Part shown: in pieces, positions 23,803 to 33,000 of the stretch | Numbering within the stretch: the stretch's first letter is position 1 | Layout of the letters: every line of letters starts with the position of its first letter | Source: an uncultured Candidatus Saccharibacteria bacterium | GTDB taxonomy: Bacteria; Patescibacteriota; Minisyncoccia; UBA6257; 1-14-0-10-44-23 | Assembly (NCBI GenBank): GCA_964394435.1 | Contig: CAYMXN010000001.1 | Span: 170,428 to 234,427 of the forward strand | Length of the DNA stretch: 64,000 bases | Direction: 5' to 3' | The notes under the pieces: model-generated | What the model was told of the DNA's origin: nothing | Seen by the model: only the letters and a program-made list of their open reading frames with translations | Database searches by the model: none | Translations under genes and position numbers: made by a program

Positions 23803-23819
23803 TGGATTTATACTCTTAG

Positions 23820-24175
23820 TAGGTCTACAGAGTCTTGCGCGTCTATCCTGGGCTGGTCACCCCCGGGGCTTCCGAAACCTTTACTCCGGTATTTGTCGGG
23901 AGGCGCCTATGCGACACATATCACTTCTCCAGACTCCGACTTCGGCGTTGTAGCCGAACCGGAAGGAGGTGATCTGATATCGGTCGAGAACTCAATGGCT
24001 GCCGTGAGGCACCCGGAGAGCCTCGATGCTTGTGGTCGTCGCAGAGTTAGAGTTTGCTGACCAACCAAAAACTGTCCGGGAAAGGATAGCGCGCAGATTC
24101 TTAAAAGTCAGAGGGAGGAGATTTGGGCGGAGTGCGATGACAAACCGTTGTTGCGACCGCCCATTTTAATTTAGA
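23820..24175 (+). ncRNA. Candidate GC-rich noncoding transcript (about 350 nt)
   Basis: Promoter-like TTGTAT-N17-TATACT at 23778-23813. No ORF. Weak terminator-like hairpin gggcgg...ccgccc plus attttaattt near 24126-24175. Confidence 0.2.
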
Positions 24176-24202
24176 GGTTGAGGGAGGGTTCTAGTTGTTC
24201 CT

Positions 24203-24229
24203 ATTATATATGTCGTAAAGCATCATTTG
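24203..24229 (+). repeat. Copy 1 of a 27-bp direct repeat or regulatory motif, CTATTATATATGTCGTAAA(gc)ATCATT
   Basis: Exact 19-mer plus ATCATT shared with 25928-25952. Lies about 60 bp upstream of the small ORF and PIN gene. Confidence 0.6.
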
Positions 24230-24287
24230 GGCGTTTTTATCAAGGGCGGAGAGGAAACTCCTTAATCATGTGATATACTTATTTCAA

Positions 24288-24443
24288 ATGGGGATTACTA
24301 AGAGTGATGAGAAAAAACCTTCGCATCCTTCAAATGAAAGACCTGCTTTTTATTGGGATGCAGAGTTAAAGAAGGCCGCTGAAGGTCTTAAGGAAATTTT
24401 TGAAAAGGAACGTAACGACCGTGCTGAAGGATCTAAAAAATAA
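24288..24443 (+). CDS. Small charged ORF (51 aa) overlapping the PIN gene start; possible antitoxin-like partner
   Basis: ATG-initiated and K/E-rich. Its 3' end overlaps the start of the PIN ORF by 44 nt. Below the length cut-off of the ORF track. Confidence 0.25.
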   Translation: MGITKSDEKKPSHPSNERPAFYWDAELKKAAEGLKEIFEKERNDRAEGSKK

Positions 24444-24984
24444 GTATCTTATTTTAGATACAAACATCATTATCAATGGTGTTGAGCATAAGGATAGACT
24501 ATTTCCTTTTTTTGATGAGTTGAGGGAACATAATATCGCTCCAGTAATTAGTGATGTGATTCTTTATGAGTTTCTTTGTGGGTCCAAGGAACCAGATCAT
24601 TTAAAAAAGAAGATCAATTTTATTGAGTTACTTCTCGGCGGTAAGAATCATAAGAATAGGATTAGCCTCCCGATAGATCATAAAATCTTTGAAACTGCAC
24701 GCAAAATTCAAAATGTTTATGGCTCACGAGGCGTCTCCTCTAAGCAGATTGGAATAGTTGATTCTATTATTGCAGCCCAGATGCAAAGATTTAGTAAGGG
24801 AGAAAGTGAGATTATTTTTTTAGCAACTTGTGATAATAATGATTTTCCTTTGATTTTTGATCGCATAGGTATTAAAACCTATGACCTAGGTAAAGAGATT
24901 CTTAATATTGGCATTTATTCTTTTAACCAAAAAAAGTATACTACTTTAGTTGAAGGTTTTGAGTCTGAGCCGTTTACTAGTTAA
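24400..24984 (+). CDS. PIN-domain nuclease (TTG start as annotated; 194 aa with a C-terminal extension)
   Basis: PIN acidic quartet context: LILDTN, VILYEF, GIVDSII, ATCDNNDF. Confidence 0.7.
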   Translation: MKRNVTTVLKDLKNKYLILDTNIIINGVEHKDRLFPFFDELREHNIAPVISDVILYEFLCGSKEPDHLKKKINFIELLLGGKNHKNRISLPIDHKIFETARKIQNVYGSRGVSSKQIGIVDSIIAAQMQRFSKGESEIIFLATCDNNDFPLIFDRIGIKTYDLGKEILNIGIYSFNQKKYTTLVEGFESEPFTS

Positions 24985-25016
24985 GGACTGCATCTGGCAA
25001 AAAGGATTAGAGAGAG

Positions 25017-25373
25017 GTGCTTGAGGTAGGAAAGGGCTTTACAAGCAAATTTTCGAGGTCTATCATGAGGCCAATGATGATTATTACTGCACCTTGCTGG
25101 CAGTGCGACAAGGATATGCTTGTTGCTCTTGTCGGAGATGATAATGGGAATATGGGCTATGGACCCGAAGATTTTAACCAGGAGGAAATAGCGCTTGCTA
25201 AAAAGAATGGAGTTCTCTTAAAGAAAATTGATAGTAAAACCGCGGAGGAAACTTATTTGGCTAATATATGTCCTGCGTGCGGAGCTTTTGTTGGCAAATG
25301 GTTTTACTTCGCTAACTACTATACGGAGGCTTTATATGATCGATTGAAATATCGTAGAATCGAGGACGTATAG
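25017..25373 (+). CDS. Zinc-ribbon protein (CWQC...CPAC), hypothetical
   Basis: GTG start with aaagga RBS; an alternative ATG lies at 25065. Two CxxC pairs. Confidence 0.5.
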   Translation: MLEVGKGFTSKFSRSIMRPMMIITAPCWQCDKDMLVALVGDDNGNMGYGPEDFNQEEIALAKKNGVLLKKIDSKTAEETYLANICPACGAFVGKWFYFANYYTEALYDRLKYRRIEDV

Positions 25374-25829
25374 TTTGACTTGGGTCATGGTGGTTTTCGT
25401 ATAGGACAAAGGGGAGAGTCGTTTATCGCGAGAAGAAGGGGCTATAAACCCTTTATTTAAGCCTTTTTAGGGCGTTTTCAATATCTATAGATTTTTTCGC
25501 AAATTTGTGCTACCCTGTGATTGCCGTTTAGTTTTTAGGTAGAACTTCTGAAGCAGTTCATGCTAGCTAGCTGCTTCAGGGGCCTTTACTATTAACCATT
25601 ATGGCTTCCTGGATAAGATTCGTCGCCTTATTGATGGAAAGTTAAATATTGAATTAATGAAGAGCATTAATTCCGACGGTGAGTGGGTATATACTCGCTG
25701 CATAGTTCTTCGAAATGGCAGGAGGATTTGTAAGCCAATCGGCAAAGTCTTTCGATTTCGAAGATATGCTAAGGTCGTTATTAAAACACAAAACTCCTCA
25801 GATAAGGAGTTTGTGAGATAGCGATCTGA

Positions 25830-25880
25830 AAAAGAGGAGCCGCTTCCAGAGTTAAAAACGGGAGCGGTTTTTCTTTTCAT
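25830..25880 (+). terminator. Terminator-like hairpin (agccgcttcc...gggagcggtt) plus tttttctttt
   Basis: Seen in the sequence. Closes the PIN/zinc-ribbon unit, possibly with an intervening small ORF or RNA. Confidence 0.4.
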
Positions 25881-25927
25881 CGTTTATTATACTTTTTCGC
25901 GGACACTTGTCCAGTCTTGGCTATAGC

Positions 25928-25952
25928 TATTATATATGTCGTAAAATCATTG
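25928..25952 (+). repeat. Copy 2 of the 27-bp motif CTATTATATATGTCGTAAAATCATT
   Basis: Identical 19-mer plus ATCATT. Lies about 330 bp upstream of the PD-(D/E)xK nuclease gene. Confidence 0.6.
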
Positions 25953-26278
25953 TTGTGCGACAGATAGTATATCGGGAAAAGCCATCTCCCCTAGGGTTTT
26001 GAAATGGATAAAAAAGTTTTCTCATTGGCGCATTTTGAAATTATTTTTCTTTCCTGGTACGCTTATCTGGTCGACTGAATCTGTTCTGACTTCAAGTTGG
26101 GTTTCTGCTCGTCCGCGCGAGCTCTGGCCATAGCCCGGCTTTGTAGTCGCCCTGGCACCCCCCCCTGCTGGGTCAACGTCTTCCAAAAGCCTTGGATGAC
26201 CAGTCGACACTTTCAATCTCCGCGCACGTCAGTTTACTGATGGGCGCGGTTTTCATTTCTTTGCTACAATGGAGCGAT

Positions 26279-27070
26279 ATGTCGTTTTTTGATGAGTTTA
26301 AAGATGAGCGGGATTTTATGGCCCAAAACGGGTATGAAATTGATGGTAAGTGGTATCCGCGTGTCACTAAAATTGTAGAGATGAAAGCGAAGCCTTCCTT
26401 ATATGTGTTTTATGGTCAGGTTGGCTATTTCCAAGGTAAAGAGATTAGTCGTAAGTCTGCGGAGCACGGTACTGCGGTACACGAAGCGATTGAGAAGATT
26501 ATGGTTGGCCAGCGACCTGGTGATATGCCCGCTTCAATCGTTCCTTCGGTCCGCGCTTTTTTGGAATTTATTAAAACAAACAAAATTGAGGTTGATCCAA
26601 CGCATGTCGAGCGGCGCATTATGAATCCCGAACATCGTTACGCAGGTACGATTGATACCCTCGCTCGAATCAACGGAAAGTTTGGCGTACTTGATATTAA
26701 GACTTCAGAATCAGTGTATCGTGATTATAATATTCAGACTTCGGCGTATATGGACGCACTTACGCGTGAGTTTAGTGATTTAACGGCCCGTTGGATACTG
26801 CGAATCGATCAAACGCAGACCTGTAAGCGCTGTGGTTCTGTTTTACGAACTAAAGGTGGGAGAGATAAGGTCAAGAAGAGTGGAATTAAATCCCCCGCTG
26901 GCAACGTGCAGGCGTGTCCGGAGTATGCGCATGATTGGGATATTATGAAGGGCGTGATTGAACTTAAAGAGATCGAGACTCCGTGGCAAGAAGATTTTCA
27001 GGCGTTTTTGGGAGCGAAAAAACTTTGGGAGTGGGAACACGCTGATTGGCTGAAAAAGATTGGGTACTAG
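26279..27070 (+). CDS. PD-(D/E)xK nuclease of RecB/Cas4-like type with a C-terminal Cys cluster
   Basis: Motifs GTIDTL...VLDIKTS (D...D-x-K) then YNIQTSAY (QxxxY). C-terminal CKRCGS...C. SD ggag precedes the ATG at 26279; the ORF track extends to 26192. Confidence 0.6.
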   Translation: MSFFDEFKDERDFMAQNGYEIDGKWYPRVTKIVEMKAKPSLYVFYGQVGYFQGKEISRKSAEHGTAVHEAIEKIMVGQRPGDMPASIVPSVRAFLEFIKTNKIEVDPTHVERRIMNPEHRYAGTIDTLARINGKFGVLDIKTSESVYRDYNIQTSAYMDALTREFSDLTARWILRIDQTQTCKRCGSVLRTKGGRDKVKKSGIKSPAGNVQACPEYAHDWDIMKGVIELKEIETPWQEDFQAFLGAKKLWEWEHADWLKKIGY

Positions 27071-27187
27071 TGGTGTATTTGTAGGTCAGTTACCCTAGTT
27101 TGCGGATTGACTTTATTATATAAATTCAGTACTATAATTAGCTGTCCTGAAGCGCTCTTTAACACATGAAAGGAGCTGATTTTCATT

Positions 27188-28045
27188 ATGGAATCAGCTA
27201 ACCAATTCGATCAATTGAACCCGAACTGCTCTGCTTCTCGGCGAGCCCGCGCAGCTTTGCGCAAGATCGACAAGGAGCGTGGAGATGATACCGAGCGACG
27301 AGTGTTCGCAGCGTTTGCAAGCGACGATGATTGGTTTGTGCCGCGATGGTATAGCGCCATTGCTCGTGCAACCCCGAGCGAAGATAGTCAGGGTATTGAT
27401 TTCATCATTTACCGCACGATTGAGCCTTCTGAACTTTTCGTGCAAGTGAAGAGCTCTGATCGTGGGCGCGAAGAGTTTCAAGCTCGTAGAGAGCTGATTC
27501 CCACTCAACAGCGCCTTCCGATTGGCGTGACGGTTATCCGGAGGAGTGACTCTTCGGACGTAATTAGGCGCAAGGTGCTTGCTGCTGCCGGGGAGTCGTT
27601 GCGGCTCAAGCTTGCGTTCGCTGATTCGGCTACGCCCGAACCGGTTGTGCTGTCTGGGTCAAATCGCCTCATCCGGCAACGGTTGAATATCAACGAGTCT
27701 TTGATTTCGCACGCCGAACTCTTGCAATTTGTATTACGTGTCATTGCTGCAATTCGGTCACGTAATTGCCAAGAGTTTCGCGTGCTTGATCGGCCGACGG
27801 ATTTTTCAGTTTCCCTGGGTATCGGTCTAATCTTCGTTACCCAGCGTAACGGAAGGTTTCTTGTTCGACAGATATTAGGCGAAGATGAACTATCCGCGCT
27901 TCGAAGCCCTGCTGCTGGGCGCCTCGTTCAAATCCTTGCCGATCGCTTCATCGGTGAGGCGCAAATCAGGCATCAGCGCAGGCTTAGTAAGGATTTGCGC
28001 AGGTTCCAGAGTTACCTTAGGCGTACCGCGCCCAAGGCCGATTAG
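27188..28045 (+). CDS. Hypothetical protein (GC-rich ORFan, 285 aa)
   Basis: Strong RBS aaaggagctg. About 55% GC. No domain recognised. Confidence 0.5.
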   Translation: MESANQFDQLNPNCSASRRARAALRKIDKERGDDTERRVFAAFASDDDWFVPRWYSAIARATPSEDSQGIDFIIYRTIEPSELFVQVKSSDRGREEFQARRELIPTQQRLPIGVTVIRRSDSSDVIRRKVLAAAGESLRLKLAFADSATPEPVVLSGSNRLIRQRLNINESLISHAELLQFVLRVIAAIRSRNCQEFRVLDRPTDFSVSLGIGLIFVTQRNGRFLVRQILGEDELSALRSPAAGRLVQILADRFIGEAQIRHQRRLSKDLRRFQSYLRRTAPKAD

Positions 28046-28106
28046 TTTGTTAGGGGGGTGATGTTGTTTGCGAGTAATCGCAGCGATGTCGCCCCTTTTT
28101 TATTTT

Positions 28107-28763
28107 CTATTCAACGAGCTCACTAAAGATTACGAGGCGCTCATTGTAGCGCTTAACTGTCGAGTTCCACGTACCATTGCACGTGATTAAATTCAGTTTT
28201 CGTTTATCGGTTTTTCCAAAAATCTCATTGAGATTAGTCGAGTGTTCGTCGTAAATTTTTTTATCAGTTACGCGGAAATGTAGCGTTTTTCCATTTTCAT
28301 TTACATAAATATCATCGCCGACTGCGAGTTGGTGTAGGTTGCGAAATACGCCTGGTGTCCACCAGTACGTATCTAAATGGCCGGCCATAACCGCGTTGCC
28401 TACCTCGCCAGGCTTGGTCCCACGATTAAACCAGCCAACATCGGTATAGTTGTCTGGAATGCCCATATTTCCCTTCGAGGTTAGTCCTACGCTTTGGATA
28501 TTCGTGTTGATCGCGAGCTTTGGAATAACTAATGTGCTCCCCTCCCCAATCGGCTTATTGGCTGGCGCGATGACTGGTTGAGTTTGTGTATTTGTAATTG
28601 GAAGCGGGACCGTTGCGGTGCCGGTTGCTTGGGTTGTTTGCTGAAGTGCTGGCTGTTGAATTTCGATCTCATCCGGCGTTCCGCCCGTGGTGTACCAAAA
28701 GAGTGCGACTACCAGGTAGGCAATCACAAAACCTAGGACGAGTTTTTCGCCACGGGTATACAT
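28107..28763 (-). CDS. Sortase (transpeptidase) with N-terminal membrane anchor
   Basis: Catalytic TLxTC-type motif NLITCNG. The His-containing region AGHLD is present. Confidence 0.8.
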   Translation of the reverse strand: MYTRGEKLVLGFVIAYLVVALFWYTTGGTPDEIEIQQPALQQTTQATGTATVPLPITNTQTQPVIAPANKPIGEGSTLVIPKLAINTNIQSVGLTSKGNMGIPDNYTDVGWFNRGTKPGEVGNAVMAGHLDTYWWTPGVFRNLHQLAVGDDIYVNENGKTLHFRVTDKKIYDEHSTNLNEIFGKTDKRKLNLITCNGTWNSTVKRYNERLVIFSELVE

Positions 28764-28839
28764 AGAGGAGGCCGAATTATGAGTTATGAATTATGAGGCG
28801 AGAGTAATGGCAATGAGAAAACTCGATGCCAGAGAAAGA

Positions 28840-29841
28840 CTAGTTGCGGGACGGGGCGGTCGGCAAGGTGCTGACGGCGTAGTAAGCGAAGAGTCCTCCG
28901 ATAAGCACCCAGAGCGTGTATGCGGCGTACTCACCTGCGCTGCCGGTGTTTGGAAGTCCCGGAATGCCAGTGTTAGTACCAAGAACTTGACCACCGATTA
29001 CGTTAACGGTGCAGGTCGCAGTCTGTCCGGCGCTAGCGACGGTTACGGTTTGTGTTCCTTGTGTTGCGAAGTTAGCGGTAAAACCAGCTCCATTTGGATT
29101 AAGGATCGTTAAAACCGGGGAAGCCCACGTGTAGTTGCCATTGCCACCCATTGCGGTGAAGCTGACTGGCATACCGGCGTTGACCGTCTGGAAGTTTGGA
29201 GCACAGCTAAGCGCAGTTACCGAACCACCGTTGGCGTTGCCACCAAACTGACTGCAGGATGGGCAGTTTACGGTACCCGTTGCTGCGTTTACTATGCCGT
29301 TTAACGAGTACGCGCGGCCAATCAATGTTGCACCCTGCTTAAGGGTAATATTACCAGTCGCGAGGATTGATCCTTTGATGGTCGTTCCGCTGTTAATGGT
29401 TACGTCGCCGTTTACAACCCAGAAAATGTTTTGTGGGTTGATGTTGCTCAAAAGCGAGGTCGTGAAGAAGGTGTTGAACTCGATTGAGTTGCTGACCTTA
29501 AAAATGAATACGGCGTTGTTGTCCTGGTATGAGCTCAATTGGAGATCGCCACTAAGAAGAATTGGGCCACTGAAGCAGTACACGCCTCCGGAAGTGATCT
29601 GGCTCTGGAGACTGTTGCTGGTAAGGGCCTGGTCACAGGTTTGGCCGTTCGCAGCACTAAAAGCGGTCGCGAGATCGGTGCGGGCCTGGCTGGCTCCGGC
29701 GGTCGTTGCGTCGAGGGTCGCAAAGGTACCCGCAAGCCCTAAATTAGGGGCAAAGGCGGCATTTGCCGTGATTCCAAGGTTAGTAAGTGTTCCGACTGCC
29801 AAGACTGCTAAAAAGGCCAATTTTACGCTGTTTTTGAGCAT
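28840..29841 (-). CDS. LPXTG-anchored surface protein with a beta-helix, ice-binding-like (DUF3494-like) repeat core
   Basis: Signal peptide. Repetitive T/N/G-rich beta-solenoid-like core. C-terminal LPNTG, then a hydrophobic segment and a basic tail. Adjacent to the sortase. Confidence 0.7.
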   Translation of the reverse strand: MLKNSVKLAFLAVLAVGTLTNLGITANAAFAPNLGLAGTFATLDATTAGASQARTDLATAFSAANGQTCDQALTSNSLQSQITSGGVYCFSGPILLSGDLQLSSYQDNNAVFIFKVSNSIEFNTFFTTSLLSNINPQNIFWVVNGDVTINSGTTIKGSILATGNITLKQGATLIGRAYSLNGIVNAATGTVNCPSCSQFGGNANGGSVTALSCAPNFQTVNAGMPVSFTAMGGNGNYTWASPVLTILNPNGAGFTANFATQGTQTVTVASAGQTATCTVNVIGGQVLGTNTGIPGLPNTGSAGEYAAYTLWVLIGGLFAYYAVSTLPTAPSRN

Positions 29842-29961
29842 ATTTTTTGATGTTTTTATAATGATTTTACGTGCTTAGACGGAGGCACGTCTTATGTGTC
29901 CCTACCCTACGCTTTTTTTGAATTTTTGGCAAGGGATTAGCCTCTCGATGAAAATGGGTGC

Positions 29962-30297
29962 TTAGCCATACAATATTGCTCCTATAGTAACGGCTATGTT
30001 TATAACAAGCCAGATATATTGAGTAATAATGATTGGTTTTTCGTGATGAACATATCCGTAGATAAGCCAGATGAACGTGAGCACGCAGTACCCCGTCCAA
30101 GTGAAGATAGAGATCCCTCCTGCGTTTTTATAAATCCAAATATCAATAAGCTGAGGAATACTGACGAGCGGTCCGATAACTCCAGCGATATAAATTAAAC
30201 TGTCAATAAAACGCACTAAGTGATTCGGTGAAGGATACGGCTCGTTGTTTTTAATGATTCTTTTACGAAGATGTTGATGATGGGTTACGCCGAACAT
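29962..30297 (-). CDS. SemiSWEET/PQ-loop family small sugar transporter
   Basis: Three-TM protein with PQ motif (SIPQLIDIW) and a WLIYG block. Confidence 0.6.
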   Translation of the reverse strand: MFGVTHHQHLRKRIIKNNEPYPSPNHLVRFIDSLIYIAGVIGPLVSIPQLIDIWIYKNAGGISIFTWTGYCVLTFIWLIYGYVHHEKPIIITQYIWLVINIAVTIGAILYG

Positions 30298-30314
30298 TGG
30301 AATGAGTATGTGAA

Positions 30315-31325
30315 TTATATTCGTTTTATTTTTGCTCCCGGAGTTGCGTGCGTTGGAATGTGGAACATCGTAGCGATCTCTGAAGCGTTTAAAATCATCT
30401 GTTGGTCTGCATCAAATCGGCGGGAGAGTATGTGCTGACTCGCTTTCGCGCTTGAGCGTGGACGCATCATTTTAAACTCGTTATAACAAACACCTCCGGA
30501 AGCACTTACGTATTTATGCTCCAGTCGCTCGAGCATTTCTTGTGCATTTTTGGGAGTGAGTGAGCTTACTAACACGCGAGCATTAACTGCGAATAGCGGC
30601 TCGGCGATTTTCTTTTCTAAAATGTGCATCGTGTCGCACGCAAGCAAAAACTTTGGATCGATAAGCGGCGAAGAAACGTACGTGCCGCCGGCAAGCGTGT
30701 TAAGGAGGTGTGATATGTCTTGCTGGAGTTGTTTTGGAGCTGGTTTGATGACCCACTGTAGGACGGCTGCCTCTCCGATCGCGTTTATTTTTCCGAGTTC
30801 GTTTATGATTGCGTGAAATGCGCTCGTATTTGGATCGGTCGGGAGCGCAAATGGAATCGCATATGGTTTGAGTGATTTGAGGTATCCTACCTCGAGCTCA
30901 CCTTCGTTTAGGATGCCAGCGGCATTAGTTGTCGATCCATCAAGCCAAAGATCGTAATCATCAGCAGTGGTTATGTGTGATCCAGGAAGTTCTTTTTCAA
31001 TAATTTGCGTAAGTTTAGCGGCATGTATGCGTGGAATGAGCGCGTAGAAATGTATCTCTTCGCCGATAGCGTGAATAGCCGCCTCAAAGACAACTGTTGT
31101 ATTGAGCTGCGCTACCTGATGCAGTATGCGTCGCATTGGTTCGATCTCCCCTTCGTTTCCATCGCGCGTATATGGATCGCTTGATTTTTTCGGTACTTGA
31201 ATAAGGAGCATCGTTAGACGATGCATCTTTGTTGTGAAATGGCGAAATAATTGCCCGGCGATATAGAGTGTCGCTCCGAGAAAAAGAAGCCCTAATAAAA
31301 GATACGCGCTCCCCAGGATCGTCAT
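30315..31325 (-). CDS. Hypothetical membrane-anchored protein (336 aa)
   Basis: N-terminal TM helix. No recognisable domain. Confidence 0.5.
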   Translation of the reverse strand: MTILGSAYLLLGLLFLGATLYIAGQLFRHFTTKMHRLTMLLIQVPKKSSDPYTRDGNEGEIEPMRRILHQVAQLNTTVVFEAAIHAIGEEIHFYALIPRIHAAKLTQIIEKELPGSHITTADDYDLWLDGSTTNAAGILNEGELEVGYLKSLKPYAIPFALPTDPNTSAFHAIINELGKINAIGEAAVLQWVIKPAPKQLQQDISHLLNTLAGGTYVSSPLIDPKFLLACDTMHILEKKIAEPLFAVNARVLVSSLTPKNAQEMLERLEHKYVSASGGVCYNEFKMMRPRSSAKASQHILSRRFDADQQMILNASEIATMFHIPTHATPGAKIKRI

Positions 31326-31377
31326 ATAGAAATTATATCATAGGAGTTGCGCGCATATTTAAGGGATTTCTTGTGAT

Positions 31378-31406
31378 TTGACAAAACCTTTTCTATGAGT
31401 TATTAT
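31378..31406 (+). promoter_or_regulatory. Near-consensus sigma70 promoter TTGACA-N17-TATTAT
   Basis: Seen in the sequence, 40 nt upstream of the 43-aa basic ORF. Confidence 0.5.
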
Positions 31407-31446
31407 GAAATCTCTCGTCAGCAACCCCAAATGGAGGCGTTTCGGC

Positions 31447-31578
31447 ATGGTCCCTCGGAAGCGAAGGAGTCGGTTGCCCGGGCGGAACCGAAGTAAGCAT
31501 GCACACGCGGTGCGGGCGGCGGAGGCCGAGAAGAAGCGCGAAGCCGAGCTCAAGAAGGACGAGCGGTCGGCGAAGTAG
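31447..31578 (+). CDS. Small highly basic protein (43 aa; MVPRKRRSRLPGRNRSKHAHAV...); possibly ribosomal protein bL32-like
   Basis: RBS ggagg. Strong promoter and strong terminator. The N-terminal RS..G..RS.H.A motif loosely resembles bL32. Confidence 0.35.
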   Translation: MVPRKRRSRLPGRNRSKHAHAVRAAEAEKKREAELKKDERSAK

Positions 31579-31592
31579 TCTGACTTTTCGGC

Positions 31593-31640
31593 GTCGGAGC
31601 GGCGGAATACCTATTCCTGTCCGCTCCTTTTTTATTTCAG
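31593..31640 (+). terminator. Intrinsic terminator (ggagcgg...ccgctcc plus tttttta)
   Basis: Hairpin plus T-run. Confidence 0.55.
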
Positions 31641-31710
31641 CTATATTTGACAGGGTATTTTTGAATCGGTACGTTAATATAAGTTCCTTCTCTTTCCGGA
31701 GGTTTGTCGA

Positions 31711-31965
31711 ATGAGCTCTCTTCGCTATTCTCGGAGTGCTCGCAGCGTACCTGCTCGGACGAGCGCGACCAAGCGTTACGCGCTTAAGCGAGACGGTAAG
31801 TTTCAGGTACGTGCGGCCGATGGAAAGCCTCGCGATTGCCGTGACAAGGAAAAGCCAACCCCTTTTAGTGACTATGATTTGGCGATGAAGACGGCACGTT
31901 ATCTCAATGGCCAGCTCGCCGCTGATGACGCGATGTTTGAGGTCGTCGACTATCCGACTGATTGA
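31711..31965 (+). CDS. Hypothetical protein (84 aa, GC-rich)
   Basis: RBS ggagg. A terminator follows. Confidence 0.45.
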   Translation: MSSLRYSRSARSVPARTSATKRYALKRDGKFQVRAADGKPRDCRDKEKPTPFSDYDLAMKTARYLNGQLAADDAMFEVVDYPTD

Positions 31966-31968
31966 TAA

Positions 31969-32005
31969 ATAGGCGCAACTCTATGAGTTGCGCCGTTTTA
32001 TTTTC
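31969..32005. terminator. Intrinsic terminator (ggcgcaactc-tatg-agttgcgcc plus gttttatttt)
   Basis: Perfect 10-bp stem between convergent genes. Confidence 0.55.
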
Positions 32006-33000
32006 TAGCTGTGTCTGATCTCCATTATGTCTCCGTCTTTGACGGTGTACTCTTTTCCTTCTACGCGGAGTACTCCCTTTTGGCGAGCGGCTGCCCAACT
32101 TCCATATTTTACGAAATCTTCATATCCAACTACTTCAGCTCGAATAAACTTTTTTTCAAAATCAGTGTGAATGGTTCCGGCGGCTTGTGGAGCGAGCCAA
32201 CCTTTTTGAATCGTCCAAGCGCGTGTCTCATCTTCGCCGGTGGTAAAGAAGCTAATGAGCCCAAGAATCTGATACGCCTTGGTAATAATTTCTGGAATAT
32301 TTTCAGCAGTCGCCAAGTCGGCGATGACGTACTCGTTGCCTTCAGCGGCGATTTTGGCTTTTAACTCTGGAGAGACTTCCGATTCGGAACCATTGAGGAG
32401 ATAGAATTTCGGCTTGGTAGTGAGTAAGAACAACTGTTTGATAAACGGGTCAGTGGCGAATTCGCGGATTGATTTTCCTGCCTTAAGTGCGTCGCGCACT
32501 TTTTTAAGTGCTTCAACTTCCTTAATCGCATCCTTTTTGCCGCCTTTAACCTCAACCTCTGCTTTTGGTAAACGCTTTTCTACGCTTTCGAGATCTTTGA
32601 GCGCGAGTTCGGTATTAATAATCTCCATATCACGAATTGGGTCGACGGAGTTTTCGACGTGGACGATCTCGGTCCCACCGAACACGCGTAGTACCTGTAC
32701 GACCGCGCTGACATCGCGAATATGAGTTAAAAATTGATTTCCAAGTCCTTCTCCGGAAGCCGCTCCCTTAACTAGCCCAGCAATATCATAAAACTCAACT
32801 ACGGCCGGTACTTTTTTCTTCGACTTAGACATCTCGGTAAGTTTTTCTACGCGAGCGTCTGGCACAGCTACTACGCCAACGTTTGGGTCAATGGTTGCGA
32901 ACGGGTAGTTGGCGATTAGAATGTCGTTTTTTGAGATGATTTTAAAAAGCGTGCTTTTGCCGACATTAGGAAGTCCTACGATGCCGATTGAAAGTTTCAT
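32005..33000 (-). CDS. ychF: Ribosome-binding ATPase YchF (Obg-family GTPase with TGS domain)
   Basis: MKLSIGIVGLPNVGKSTLF G1 motif and overall YchF architecture. Confidence 0.9.
   Translation of the reverse strand: MKLSIGIVGLPNVGKSTLFKIISKNDILIANYPFATIDPNVGVVAVPDARVEKLTEMSKSKKKVPAVVEFYDIAGLVKGAASGEGLGNQFLTHIRDVSAVVQVLRVFGGTEIVHVENSVDPIRDMEIINTELALKDLESVEKRLPKAEVEVKGGKKDAIKEVEALKKVRDALKAGKSIREFATDPFIKQLFLLTTKPKFYLLNGSESEVSPELKAKIAAEGNEYVIADLATAENIPEIITKAYQILGLISFFTTGEDETRAWTIQKGWLAPQAAGTIHTDFEKKFIRAEVVGYEDFVKYGSWAAARQKGVLRVEGKEYTVKDGDIMEIRHS

Noticed and set aside
28786-29112. A 108-aa plus-strand ORF.
   Set aside because: It is antisense to the LPXTG surface protein and sortase region. It is a likely artefact.
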